Source: Octopus bimaculoides (lineage: Eukaryota). Taken from it: a stretch of DNA of 64,000 nucleotides. Each line of letters begins with the position of its first letter. The stretch's first letter is position 1. The notes below the pieces were generated by a model. It saw only the letters and a list, made by a program, of their open reading frames with translations, was not told the DNA's origin and ran no database searches. The stretch spans positions 89,676,386 to 89,740,385 of the forward strand of contig NC_068983.1 in assembly GCF_001194135.2 (NCBI RefSeq), written 5' to 3'. Below are positions 25,891-38,000 of this stretch, in pieces. A program made the position numbers and the translations under genes.

Positions 25891-26350
25891 GAATAATAAT
25901 AATTTCTTTTATTTTCCACCAGGGCAAAGGATGAGGGGGACAATACAAAGACAGACATAAAGTGTTGGGGTTTACATATAATGAAATGATAAAATAAATA
26001 AAAGGAGTATACACAGTATACAATAAAGAAAGGAAATCGATACAGTATACAAAGGTAAAAAAAAAGATGATAGTGACGTAGTCCTCTTGATACAGGAAGA
26101 CCTCTAGGGATAATTGAGGAACCCCACCTTCCCAGAGCACCCTGAACACCAAGGACAAGTGCCCTCTCCAATTCCCTTTCTCCACTCTTGCCACTTTCGC
26201 AACTATCACCCACCTTTCTATAAATTCACTTGAGGACAGCACTTCCCTCTCCACCCTCACTTTCCTTCTCAAGTGAAACTTGAAAAAGTTGATGGGGCTT
26301 CTACCAAAGAGGAATATATCTGTCCTCATACCTTTCAACCTTGTGACCAG
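25891..26350 (-). mobile_element. Tx1/L1-like 3' end with 3' UTR
   Basis: C-terminal FFKFHLRRKVRVERE...EFIERW; pyrimidine-rich UTR; AATAAA then (ATT)n. Confidence 0.65.
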
Positions 26351-26394
26351 ACAATCTCTTTCACCAATAATAATAATGATAGTGATGATGATGA

Positions 26395-27725
26395 GTGATG
26401 GCATTTGAACCTGAATCCAGATATAAATATCTGGGAATACTTGATGTTGATGGAATTAAACACAACGATATGAAAGAAAAAACAAAGAAAGAGTACCTCC
26501 GACAAATGAGAAAAATATTGATTTCAAAGCTAAATGCCAGAAACATAAGTTCAACAATAAATTTGCACACTGTTGCATTAGTTCGGTATGGCATTGGAAT
26601 CCTGGAGAGGACAGAGAAGGAGCTAAAGGAGTTGGACAGGAAGACAAGAAATCCCCTAACAATGCATGGAGCCCATCATCCATGTGTAGACACTGACTGC
26701 CTATACATGAAGAGAGAAAATGGAGGCAGAGGACTGATATGTGTGGAAGACTGTGTATATATTGAACTCAGGAGCTTACTGAGATACCTATCCCAAAGTC
26801 AAGAAACCATGCAAGTGTCAGTACGGAATGAGGAAGTATTGAAAGCAGAGAAAATGAGAAAAACAAAGCAAGAACTACAAAAAGGACATGAAGAAACATT
26901 ACACAACAAAGGATTACACAATCAATTCAATGTAGCTACAACTGAAGTTGATGGAAAACATAGGTAGGACTGGCTGAAAAAAGGAGCACTGAAAAAAGAA
27001 ACTGAGAGTACCATATTGGCAGTGCAAGACCAAGCTTTGGCCACAAACAGGAGGGTTGACTTAGGAATGAGCAAGTGTCTCCATTGTACTGCGTCTGCAA
27101 CAGAGTGGATGAAATCATTGCTCATATCATGAACAAATGCCCTATACTTGCCTAAAACCATTACAACTTGTGGTGACATGATGAGGTAGCAAAAGTGTTG
27201 CATTGAAAAAAGTGGGGTCTAGAGAGAGCAAAATGTAGTATGAGTACAAAGTGCTGAGAGTAGAGGAGTCAGAGACCTGTAAAATCCTGTGAGATTTCCT
27301 AATCCAAACAGATCAGGTGCTAGAGCATAGCAAACCAGACCTAGTGATGGTGGACAAATTGAACCACATGTGCTACATAGTTGATGGTGTGTGCCCCTTT
27401 GACACATGAAAGAAGAAAGGTGAAAAAAATAGATATATACAATCCTCTAAAGTATGAAATAGCCTGACTGTGGAAAATGAAGTAGGTGAAGATAGTGCTG
27501 ATTATTGTTTGGTCCTGGCAAACATTATCAGAGGGCATCAAGAGGAATATGAAGGAAACTTGAAGAGAATGCCCTGTAGAACTGTTACAAAATGTTTACC
27601 TCCTGGGCACAGCCAAATTAATCATGGAAGTATTAGTAGAAAAGAACAAATAGCATGGTACTGTAAGCTGCAGGCAGCAAGCCCACTATGCATGCAAGAC
27701 TCCAGGAGTTCCAACAAAACCTGAG
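26395..27725 (+). mobile_element. Dong/R4-like RLE LINE, 5'-truncated (family B)
   Basis: YKYLGILD, GAHHPCVDTDCLYMKR, ETESTILAVQDQALAT, KPDLV; followed by (TAA)n. Confidence 0.88.
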
Positions 27726-27726
27726 T

Positions 27727-27728
27727 TA

Positions 27729-27806
<78 letters not shown>

Positions 27807-27835
27807 AAGAAGAAGAAGAAGAAGAAGAAGAAGAA
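27727..27835. repeat. compound (TAA)n(GAA)n microsatellite
   Basis: Direct reading. Confidence 0.97.
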
Positions 27836-28835
27836 ACAACAAAAGCTATAAAACAAATGAAATCCAAACTAAAACTAGAACAGCAACGGACCATGATACA
27901 ACGATGGCAAGAAAAGCCCCTACATGNNNNNNNNNNNNNNNNNNNNNNNNNNNNNNNNNNNNNNNNNNNNNNNNNNNNNNNNNNNNNNNNNNNNNNNNNN
28001 NNNNNNNNNNNNNNNNNNNNNNNNNNNNNNNNNNNNNNNNNNNNNNNNNNNNNNNNNNNNNNNNNNNNNNNNNNNNNNNNNNNNNNNNNNNNNNNNNNNN
28101 NNNNNNNNNNNNNNNNNNNNNNNNNNNNNNNNNNNNNNNNNNNNNNNNNNNNNNNNNNNNNNNNNNNNNNNNNNNNNNNNNNNNNNNNNNNNNNNNNNNN
28201 NNNNNNNNNNNNNNNNNNNNNNNNNNNNNNNNNNNNNNNNNNNNNNNNNNNNNNNNNNNNNNNNNNNNNNNNNNNNNNNNNNNNNNNNNNNNNNNNNNNN
28301 NNNNNNNNNNNNNNNNNNNNNNNNNNNNNNNNNNNNNNNNNNNNNNNNNNNNNNNNNNNNNNNNNNNNNNNNNNNNNNNNNNNNNNNNNNNNNNNNNNNN
28401 NNNNNNNNNNNNNNNNNNNNNNNNNNNNNNNNNNNNNNNNNNNNNNNNNNNNNNNNNNNNNNNNNNNNNNNNNNNNNNNNNNNNNNNNNNNNNNNNNNNN
28501 NNNNNNNNNNNNNNNNNNNNNNNNNNNNNNNNNNNNNNNNNNNNNNNNNNNNNNNNNNNNNNNNNNNNNNNNGAATGTGGAATCTAAAAACAGAAACAAT
28601 TCCTATCATAGTAGGTGCCTTAGGTATAATAAAAAAATATTCAGACAAATACATAACAAAAATAGCAGGACTTACAAATATATATAACATACAGAAAATT
28701 GCACTACTGGGTACTGCACACATTCTACGCAAAACACTTTCAATACAGTAAACATAAGAGCACCACAGCACATACCCAAGGCGCACAGAGCTGCGCTCGG
28801 TAGTGAAGTGAAAGCACGTTATAAAAATAAAACTA

Positions 28836-28845
<10 letters not shown>
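27836..28845 (+). mobile_element. Dong/R4-like RLE LINE (family C), gapped
   Basis: RWQEKPLH, then PIIVGALG...IQKIALLGTAHILRK*; 3' end nearly identical to 40623-40897; (AAT)n tail. Confidence 0.88.
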
Positions 28846-28868
<23 letters not shown>

Positions 28869-28869
28869 T

Positions 28870-28993
28870 ATCTCTGGCTGCCCAGTCCTGGCTAAGAAGG
28901 AATATAATCACAGACACAACAGAGCTGGGACCTATATACACTGGAAGCTATACCAACACTGTGGAATAACAACAGAAAAAAGATGGTGTAAAC
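28870..28993 (+). mobile_element. Dong/R4-like fragment interrupted by a gypsy LTR
   Basis: SGCPVLAKKEYNHRHNRAGTYIHWKL; starts after (AAT)n. Confidence 0.75.
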
Positions 28994-29324
28994 TGTGGTG
29001 AGATGGAGGAAGAAGCCAACAAGAAGCAAAAGGACAGAATGAAACGTTGGATCTTACCTTGCCGACCGCAGCGGAGTACACGATCGCTCCTGATCAGAAC
29101 ACGTCTTTCTCGTAACGTCGCTGTTTTCTGACAGCTCCACGTGCTAGCCTTCGACCGCGTGTCGCCGACTTCCGATCTGACCCTTCCGGTCTGGCTTCAC
29201 CTCTGTTTGCCTCACCCCTCTCCACCACAACACACAGCTCATCACAGCCCATAATACCACACGCCCCCCTGATCTATAGATCATTCAACCGGCTCTCCCA
29301 CACACTCCTCGCTCCCGAACTACC

Positions 29325-31996
29325 TTAATTGGTTTCATAATCAGCCAACCAGGGAGGAGGGTACCGCTCCCTCTGTGGTCGCTGTGCGACCCCGGGACTG
29401 GCCTGAGTTCCTGGCGTGCTGCCTTCATCATCTTGCCTACTGCTGCTGTCTTCATCATCCTGCCCACAGCAGCTGGTTCCATCCTCTGAAGCACTGACAA
29501 TCTTCCGCACATCCAAAACATGGCGTGGCATACCATCGACTGAGACGTTGTTCTTTGAATTGATGGAGGTTATAGTTCCTTTCCCCCACTGTGATGTGCN
29601 NNNNNNNNNNNNNNNNNNNNNNNNNNNNNNNNNNNNNNNNNNNNNNNNNNNNNNNNNNNNNNNNNNNNNNNNNNNNNNNNNNNNNNNNNNNNNNNNNNNN
29701 NNNNNNNNNNNNNNNNNNNNNNNNNNNNNNNNNNNNNNNNNNNNNNNNNNNNNNNNNNNNNNNNNNNNNNNNNNNNNNNNNNNNNNNNNNNNNNNNNNNN
29801 NNNNNNNNNNNNNNNNNNNNNNNNNNNNNNNNNNNNNNNNNNNNNNNNNNNNNNNNNNNNNNNNNNNNNNNNNNNNNNNNNNNNNNNNNNNNNNNNNNNN
29901 NNNNNNNNNNNNNNNNNNNNNNNNNNNNNNNNNNNNNNNNNNNNNNNNNNNNNNNNNNNNNNNNNNNNNNNNNNNNNNNNNNNNNNNNNNNNNNNNNNNN
30001 NNNNNNNNNNNNNNNNNNNNNNNNNNNNNNNNNNNNNNNNNNNNNNNNNNNNNNNNNNNNNNNNNNNNNNNNNNNNNNNNNNNNNNNNNNNNNNNNNNNN
30101 NNNNNNNNNNNNNNNNNNNNNNNNNNNNNNNNNNNTGCAGTCCCCGTCTTCATCTCCCTCCATATGGCCATCCGCCCCTGTCCGCAGTCAACCATTGAGA
30201 GGTACGTCCCCTGCCGGTAGTGTGTTATGTCCACTGCCAGTCGTTTCCAGTTGTGGACCACTGGAATACTTCCCGCCTCATGTACGCCCGGAGCAGGGTC
30301 AATAGACTGGCACCTGTCACAGCTGCTAACCACTCTTTGCACGCTCCGCCTCGTTACCTCGGAGTCAATTTCCTGGCGAGGAACAACGTCCTGTCCACTC
30401 CCATGTGATGCATGGTATGCAGTCTCCTCAACTCCGAGTCACTCAGACAGCATACTGCAGCCACAGCCTGCTCCGCATCCTCTGGCACCTGCAACCAAGC
30501 TCGCTTTACCCTGGTTAGGACGTCTGCCCTGTTCTTTTCGGAAGGCACAAAAATTATGCTCAGCTCCAGATCGAACTCAGCGTTTAGCTCCCGCAATATT
30601 CCCAATCGGCGCTTTACCAGAATCTCCGCAGCCCCTTTGGTTCGCACCCTCCGCTCATTGGTGAGGACTGTCGTCACCCAACCAAGCACAGTGGCCGAAT
30701 CGGTTCTAATCTCGATGGTGCACAGCCCCCAATTCAAGGCCAGGTTCACCCCCTTCAGCACGGCATCCAACTCCGCCACGTTGATATGGTTGCAGTCATC
30801 CATCTTCCTGAGCCAGGCTGCATCTTCCACCACGGTGCCTCCCATTTCCAAGACAACCCCTATTGCGATGCTACTGGCGTCACACCAAACGATCCCACTC
30901 TTTGATTTGGGAACATACCAACTGCCCNNNNNNNNNNNNNNNNNNNNNNNNNNNNNNNNNNNNNNNNNNNNNNNNNNNNNNNNNNNNNNNNNNNNNNNNN
31001 NNNNNNNNNNNNNNNNNNNNNNNNNNNNNNNNNNNNNNNNNNNNNNNNNNNNNNNNNNNNNNNNNNNNNNNNNNNNNNNNNNNNNNNNNNNNNNNNNNNN
31101 NNNNNNNNNNNNNNNNNNNNNNNNNNNNNNNNNNNNNNNNNNNNNNNNNNNNNNNNNNNNNNNNNNNNNNNNNNNNNNNNNNNNNNNNNNNNNNNNNNNN
31201 NNNNNNNNNNNNNNNNNNNNNNNNNNNNNNNNNNNNNNNNNNNNNNNNNNNNNNNNNNNNNNNNNNNNNNNNNNNNNNNNNNNNNNNNNNNNNNNNNNNN
31301 NNNNNNNNNNNNNNNNNNNNNNNNNNNNNNNNNNNNNNNNNNNNNNNNNNNNNNNNNNNNNNNNNNNNNNNNNNNNNNNNNNNNNNNNNNNNNNNNNNNN
31401 NNNNNNNNNNNNNNNNNNNNNNNNNNNNNNNNNNNNNNNNNNNNNNNNNNNNNNNNNNNNNNNNNNNNNNNNNNNNNNNNNNNNNNNNNNNNNNNNNNNN
31501 NNNNNNNNNNNNNNNNNNNNNNNNNNNNNNNNNNNNNNNNNNNNNNNNNNNNNNNNNNNNNNNNNNNNNNNNNNNNNNNNNNNNNNNNNNNNNNNNNNNN
31601 NNNNNNNNNNNNNNNNNNNNNNNNNNNNNNNNNNNNNNNNNNNNNNNNNNNNNNNNNNNNNNNNNNNNNNNNNNNNNNNNNNNNNNNNNNNNNNNNNNNN
31701 NNNNNNNNNNNNNNNNNNNNNNNNNNNNNNNNNNNNNNNNNNNNNNNNNNNNNNNNNNNNNNNNNNNNNNNNNNNNNNNNNNNNNNNNNNNNNNNNNNNN
31801 NNNNNNNNNNNNNNNNNNNNNNNNNNNNNNNNNNNNNNNNNNNNNNNNNNNNNNNNNNNNNNNNNNNNNNNNNNNNNNNNNNNNNNNNNNNNNNNNNNNN
31901 NTCCACTAGCACATCAACAACGGGGAGAAAAAATTGCGCCTTTATTGATCTGAAAGGGAGACCACTCGCGCAGTAGTCTCCCTTAGACCGTTTCCC
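29325..31996 (-). CDS. gypsy pol (RNase H, integrase visible; protease/RT mostly in gaps)
   Basis: HINVAELDAVLKG (RNase H), HHMGVDRT and CDRCQ zinc-binding residues, LAVDITHY integrase motif. Confidence 0.8.
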
Positions 31997-32700
31997 TGCA
32001 GACATTCGCTGGCTATATGTCCCGTTTCACGACAACGGTAGCAGATGACCTCAGGCTTAGGTAACTTACAGTCTCGCACCATGTGCGGGCCCTGACACCG
32101 GAAACACTGTCCTTTGAACGGTCACACACGTTCCTTGTTCGACCCCTCTCCGCCACTCCTTGGCCGGCCACCTTTTGCTGTCGCCGCTGCTGCCAACGGT
32201 GACGACCTATGACACGAAACTAAAATACGAGCTCTCGTTATTATATCCGCCATGGGCATGGTGTTCACGTCCGGCAGTTTCTGCAATTCGACCGACAGGT
32301 GGTCAGGAAACCCAGTCACAAACGCCAACTTTACTGTTCGATCCAGCGATTCTCCCTCGTACCCCGCCAGTCTAGCCAACCTCCTAAGTTCATTGGCAAA
32401 CACGTCAACCTGTTTGCTGGTCCACTTCGCTCTCCCCAGGTGAGCGTACGCCTCAAACATTCCTTCTGCGAAGGCCTCCATCAAGCGGATTTCTGTTTTC
32501 TCCGCGCTAACTTGGTCCCTCTCTTCCATCTCTAAAAATAGCGCCAACACCGGACCATCCAAGTAGAGCAGTAGAAAACTTGCCAAGTCGCATATCCCTT
32601 GGAGCTTCGCGACCAGCTTCATCTTCTTTAGCCATGCGACCATGTCCGTGTCGCCACAAAACGGTTTAATTATATCACTAGAAATCCGGACTACACTCAT
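31942..32700 (-). pseudogene. gypsy gag with two zinc knuckles and one premature TGA (32122-32124)
   Basis: MSVVRISSDIIKPF...; CFRCQGPHMVRDC and CYRCRETGHIASEC lie in the same frame past the TGA. Confidence 0.85.
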
Positions 32701-33241
32701 AATTTTTTTTTTTTTGTATGGGCCGAAATAGATTGTGGTGAGATGGAGGAAGAAGACAACAAGAAGCAAAAGGACAGAATGAAACGTTGGACCTTACCTT
32801 GCCGACCGCAGCGGAGTACACGATCGCTCCTGATCAGAACACGTCTTTCTCATAACGTCGCTGTTTTCTGACTGCCGAGTCTATCAGGCTAGTCTGATAG
32901 ACTTGACTATGTCAAGATGGACTTATGTATCTTTCCTCACATTTGGATTTTTATGTATTCTCTCTCCCACTTGGATTTGAAATGTTGCCACATTTATAAT
33001 ATGTCTTTTCTACAGTAATTTTTCTGCATTTTCGTGCAGCTGAAGATTGCTCTTCATATTGCATTTAAGGTAACGCTCGCATTACTTAAATAAATTGAAG
33101 TAGCATGAAACGTGCGTACTGCAATCACCTTTGAAATCCGTGTTGCTTATTTTTTGATTTTAATCACCTATCCTTTTGGGATGCGATATTCGGGTGCCTA
33201 CGCATAAGTACCATATTCAACCTTGAATCTATATCTAAACC

Positions 33242-33280
<39 letters not shown>

Positions 33281-33789
33281 CTAACCAGAATAATTTTTCT
33301 CTTCTTATTTAGGTTTTTTCTTGTTCCACACAGAATTATATATATTTTTTCAAAATGCCACAGGTAGTACCAGTCTACACTGTTTACCGGTAGCTCTATT
33401 AACATATAGTGACCCGACTTAAATCTTTTGAATGGACTTATTATTATTATTATTATTTGTTCCACACAGAACCATATTTTTTTTTCTTCAAAATGCTGCA
33501 AGTAGTACCAGTCTACATTGTTTACCAGTCGCACTACTACATATAATGACCTGATTTAAATCCTTTGCACAGACTTATTATTAAGGAAGATAGTGTTTTG
33601 TGTTACCATGGGAAAAGCAGAGTTAAAACAGCTATTCTGGTCTGTAATTTCACTCTTCTGACTTTTTATTGAATAACGCAATGCCCTGGCTTTTGGTTTT
33701 TAAAATCAACAGAAATTTAGAAATATTCTAATGGAAGCCTCTGATGAAAAGAGGAGGAATTAAAGACATATAATGTAGAGATAAATTCG

Positions 33790-34330
33790 AAGATAAGTTG
33801 GAACTGAGGGTTACAGACCAAGTCAGGGGTGACATGGTGGTTGGAAAAGAGGTTGACAGTGTTATAAAAGTAAAGGGAGAAGCATGGAAAAATTGGAAAA
33901 ATGGTTTAATAGGATTATATCAAGTGACCAGAAAGGAAGCTAGGTGTCAGGTTTACATGGTAAAAGGAAAAGCAGAAAGTAAAAGATTTGCCAATGTTTT
34001 ACAGCATGAGGATCAGAGGAGTGAAGTGTTCCAGATTGCAAAGCAATGTATCAAAGAGAATGGAGATGTGGGTGAGATATGTGTGTGAATGGATAATGGT
34101 ATACTTGCACTTACTGATTCAGAGAAGGAAAATGCATGGAAATGCTATTATGAAAGGTTGCTAAATGTGTAGAATGCATGGGAGAAGGAGTCTCTCGAAT
34201 ATAGACCCAATTGAGGGACCAGCCATCAGAGCTGATAACACATAAGGAATCACAAGTGAGATGCATAAAATATCTGGTGGAGTATGATATGGCCTAGTCA
34301 CTCATACAGTTAATCAGGTTATCCAAGAAG
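33790..34330 (+). mobile_element. old RTE LINE fragment
   Basis: RFANVLQHEDQRSEVFQIAKQC, homologous to 15095-15350. Confidence 0.7.
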
Positions 34331-34356
34331 GCATCAATCCCCAATGACTGGTCGTC

Positions 34357-35040
34357 GTCATCATCATCATCATCATTTAACATCCACTGTCCATGTTGGC
34401 ATGGGTTGGATGGTTTGACCAGGGCTGGTAAGCTGGAAGGCTGCACCAGACTCTAGTCTGATTTGGAATAGTTTTCTATGGCTGGAGGCCCTTCCTAATG
34501 CCAACCACTCCAAAAATGTAATGGCTGCTTTTACGTGCCTCCAGCATTTGTGTGACACTAGTATCTGTCATGACAGTAATTTTGCTCAGCTTAATGGGTC
34601 TTCTTCTCAAGTATGACATAATACCAAAGGTCTCAGTCATTGCCCCCGTGAGGCTCAACACTTGAAAGGAACTCAACCACTTTGCCTCCATGAGGCCCAA
34701 CATTTGAAAGGAACTCAGCCACTTTGCCTTTGTGAGGCCTAAAGCTCAAACAGTGCTCTTTACATGCCACCAGCATGGGTGCCAGCTATGTGACATCAAC
34801 ATCAGCCATGATTTAATTTGGTTTGATAGGTCTTCTCAAGCACAGCATATCACCAAAGGTCTCGGTCACTAGTCATTGCCTCTTTGAGGCTCAAAGTTTG
34901 AAGATCATGCTTCGCCACTTCATCTTATATCTTCCTGGGTCTACCTCTACCAGAGGTCCCTTCCACAGTTAGAGATCGGCACTTTTTTACACAGCTGTCC
35001 TCATCCATACATATCACATGACCATACCAGCACAGTCGTC
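34357..35040 (-). mobile_element. RTE LINE 3' fragment
   Basis: (GAT)n tail and RTE 3' UTR on the - strand; GRPRKI*DEV motif. Confidence 0.8.
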
Positions 35041-38000
35041 TATATAACATCTCCCCATTTAATTATTTTACTTAACAATCAATTTCTTTTATTCACCCCA
35101 CCTCCTCCATTTTTTTTTTATATACTCAATATATTTTCTTCTTAGGGTCTATTTTTAGGAATTCAGTGTTCTTTTTCCTTGTACGTGTGGTTTCGACTTC
35201 TTGTAACCTGAAAAGTGTCATACAACCAATCCATCAGTATTTCAACTCTTGTTGGTTCCTTTTCTATGACTCTTTACTTAAGCTGATTTCTATGTCTTCT
35301 TTCCATTTCATTTCTGCTTCTTACATCATTCTTCCTATGTATGTTACAATTTCACCTTCCCAGTATTGCTTGCCATTTTTGTACATTCTTACATATACCT
35401 TATCACTGATTCTAAAGAATTTTGGCATGTCTTTACTAGCATGTATATATTTTTTTCACTGGTAACAGTTTATCAAATACTGACTTTACCTTTCTGGCAA
35501 ACATTCTGCTGGTGAACTTCCTTCTGGTGCATTTGGGTTTGGAGTTAACCTGTATACCCTTAAGAATTGCAACCTCATCTGTGGCTTCCTTATTAGCTCT
35601 CTTTAAAGATCTCTTAAAAGTGTCCACAAACTGTTTGGCTCTTCCATTCAATCTAGGGTGATATGGTGCTATAGTTTTATGATCAAACAGAAACATCTTA
35701 TAGAATCCTTTAAACTCACAGGATACAAACTGTGTTCCATTATCAGAGACAATTATATCCAGTACACCAAATTTTGCAAACAGCTCATGTAAGAAATTTA
35801 TTACCGTATATGAGGCTGGTTGTTTACACCTCATCACCTCATGCCATTTTTGTGTAGCTGTCCACTACTATTAAGTAATAATATCCATTTACCGGGCCTG
35901 CAAAATTGATATGCAATCGGGACCATGGTATTTTCACTTCTGGCCAAGGCTCATATTTTGTAGTGGGTAATTTTACTGCCAGTACACATCCTCTGCAGCC
36001 TTTTACCAGGTTTTCAACTTCCTCGTCCATACTTGGCCAGTATACAAAACTTTGCATCAGCGCTTTCATTCTAGAGATGTCTGGGTGTACGACATGGAAC
36101 TCTTTTAGTATCCTCTCCTGTAATGTCTGATGTATGACCACTCTCTGAGCATACATTAGTACACCATCATATATAGAGTACACGCTCACATTTTGGTGGT
36201 TCTTTGCATCAGACCTTTCTTTATTTCTCATTGTTGACCAAATTTTTTTTTCTCATTAATAAGTTTGTCATTTCTTGCATTTATTTTTATTTCTTCCAAA
36301 GTTACTGGCAGTTCACGCATGATATTCCACATCTCATTTTTTGTTTCCACTCTTAGTTCTGTTATTACAGTGTCCTCCAGCAGTTCGTTATGTGAAGGCA
36401 GATATTCCATTCTATAATCATAGTTTAAAAGAATGGTACCCCACTGCTGCAGTCTGTTTGCTGTATGCATTGGGATTCCTTTCTTGGATCCATATATTGT
36501 TATTAGAGGTCTATGGTCCATTTGCAAGCAAGTACGTCTGCCATGAATGAACCTGTGGAACTTTTTCACACCAAATATAATAGCTAACGCCTCTTTTTCA
36601 ATCTGGCTATAGCACTTTTCTGCCAGCAATAATGTCATTGGTGTAATCATTATCCTTGTGTAGCAGCACAGCTCTTATCTCATACTCGCTAGTATTATCT
36701 CTAACTTTGAGTTGAAATGCATAAAATACAAGTCTGAAGTTAACACATCTTTTAACTTATTAAATGCTTTCTGGCATTTCTCTTTCCAAGCCCATTACCT
36801 TATGTATATTTGGGATATACACTTGGTAATAATTTACAAAGCCTAAGAATGTAGCATTGTCATGTTCATCAGGGCAGCACATTTTGTATTGCCATGGCCC
36901 TTGATGGGTCCAGTCTGCATCCACTTTTGTCAATTACTTGATCTAGGTGTTTTATGTTTTCCATCAAAAATTCACATTTTTCTTCTGTCAGTTTTAGCCT
37001 GTATTCATTTATTCTCTCGAATACTTTCTTTATGTGTTTGACATGTTGCACCCAAGACTCACTCTTTATCAAAATGTCATCGAGGTATGTGATGGCAAAG
37101 TTGCAATCACTTGACATCGCATCCATTATTTGCTGGAATATGGCAGGTGCCACTTTTACTCCAAATGGCAGTTGTTTGAACTTGTACAGTCCATGGTGCA
37201 TGTTGATTGTTAGTAGATGTGTACTATCTTCCTCTAACTGAATTTGAAGGTACGACTCTGAGAGGTCTAACTTCGAGAAAATTTAGTTTAGTAAATACTT
37301 CTTCTGGGCTTGGTAGTGGGTAATTGTCTATGAATAAACAGTCATTCAGTCCAGTTGAGAAGCCTGTGCACACGCTTAACCTACTATTTTTTTTTTCTAC
37401 ATAGACCGTCAGTGCTACCCAGTCTGCACGGTCAATCTTTTCAATTATATTCAGGCTTTCCAATCTTTCTAGTTCTTTATTGATCTGGTCTACCACAGCA
37501 AACAGCAAGTTCTTTTCAGGCCTGAAAATAGGTGTTGAATATTCTTTGATAGCAATCCTTGCTTTTGTTTTTGTGCAACAGCCTAAACCTTCTAAAAAAT
37601 CTTTTGGTAAAGTTTCTTTCATTTATTGTTTTAGTTCATTGACTTCGTTTAATCATTTGACTGTTCTATTTATGTTATTGCACAAAACGCTTATGGGTGT
37701 ATCTCATAAAGTAAATTTCTCTATACATTTGGTGCCACATAAATTCATGGATCTTTCCAACACATAAACATTCACTTTTTTGGTTTGACCTTTGAACATT
37801 ATATCACAAATGCATTCACCCGTAAAATATAATTTTCTTCCCGTAACACCATATGCTATTTTGTTTGGACTATATAATTTTGGTTTACCCATTTGTTCCC
37901 ATGTTTTCACATCTATGATTGTGATGTCACTTCCCATGTCTAATTGGATTCTGACACTAGTGGTTTTAATTTTCACATTCATGAATTTTCTGTTTGTTGC

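Larger units (their letters stand above)
28994..32872 (-). mobile_element. young Ty3/gypsy LTR retrotransposon
   Basis: 3' LTR 28994-29261 (TG..CA, 268 bp) preceded by PPT AGGGGGGCG; truncated 5' LTR 32734-32872 with 3 differences in 139 bp; gag, RNase H and integrase; CpGs retained. Confidence 0.93.

Noticed and set aside
27622-31953. Several 200-500 aa ORFs
   Set aside because: Their length comes from N gaps; the same applies to 60135-61326 and 62313-62808
33040-33069. 30-nt plus-strand exon LKIALHIAFK with good splice sites
   Set aside because: Isolated, too short to assess, and may lie in an unclassified repeat
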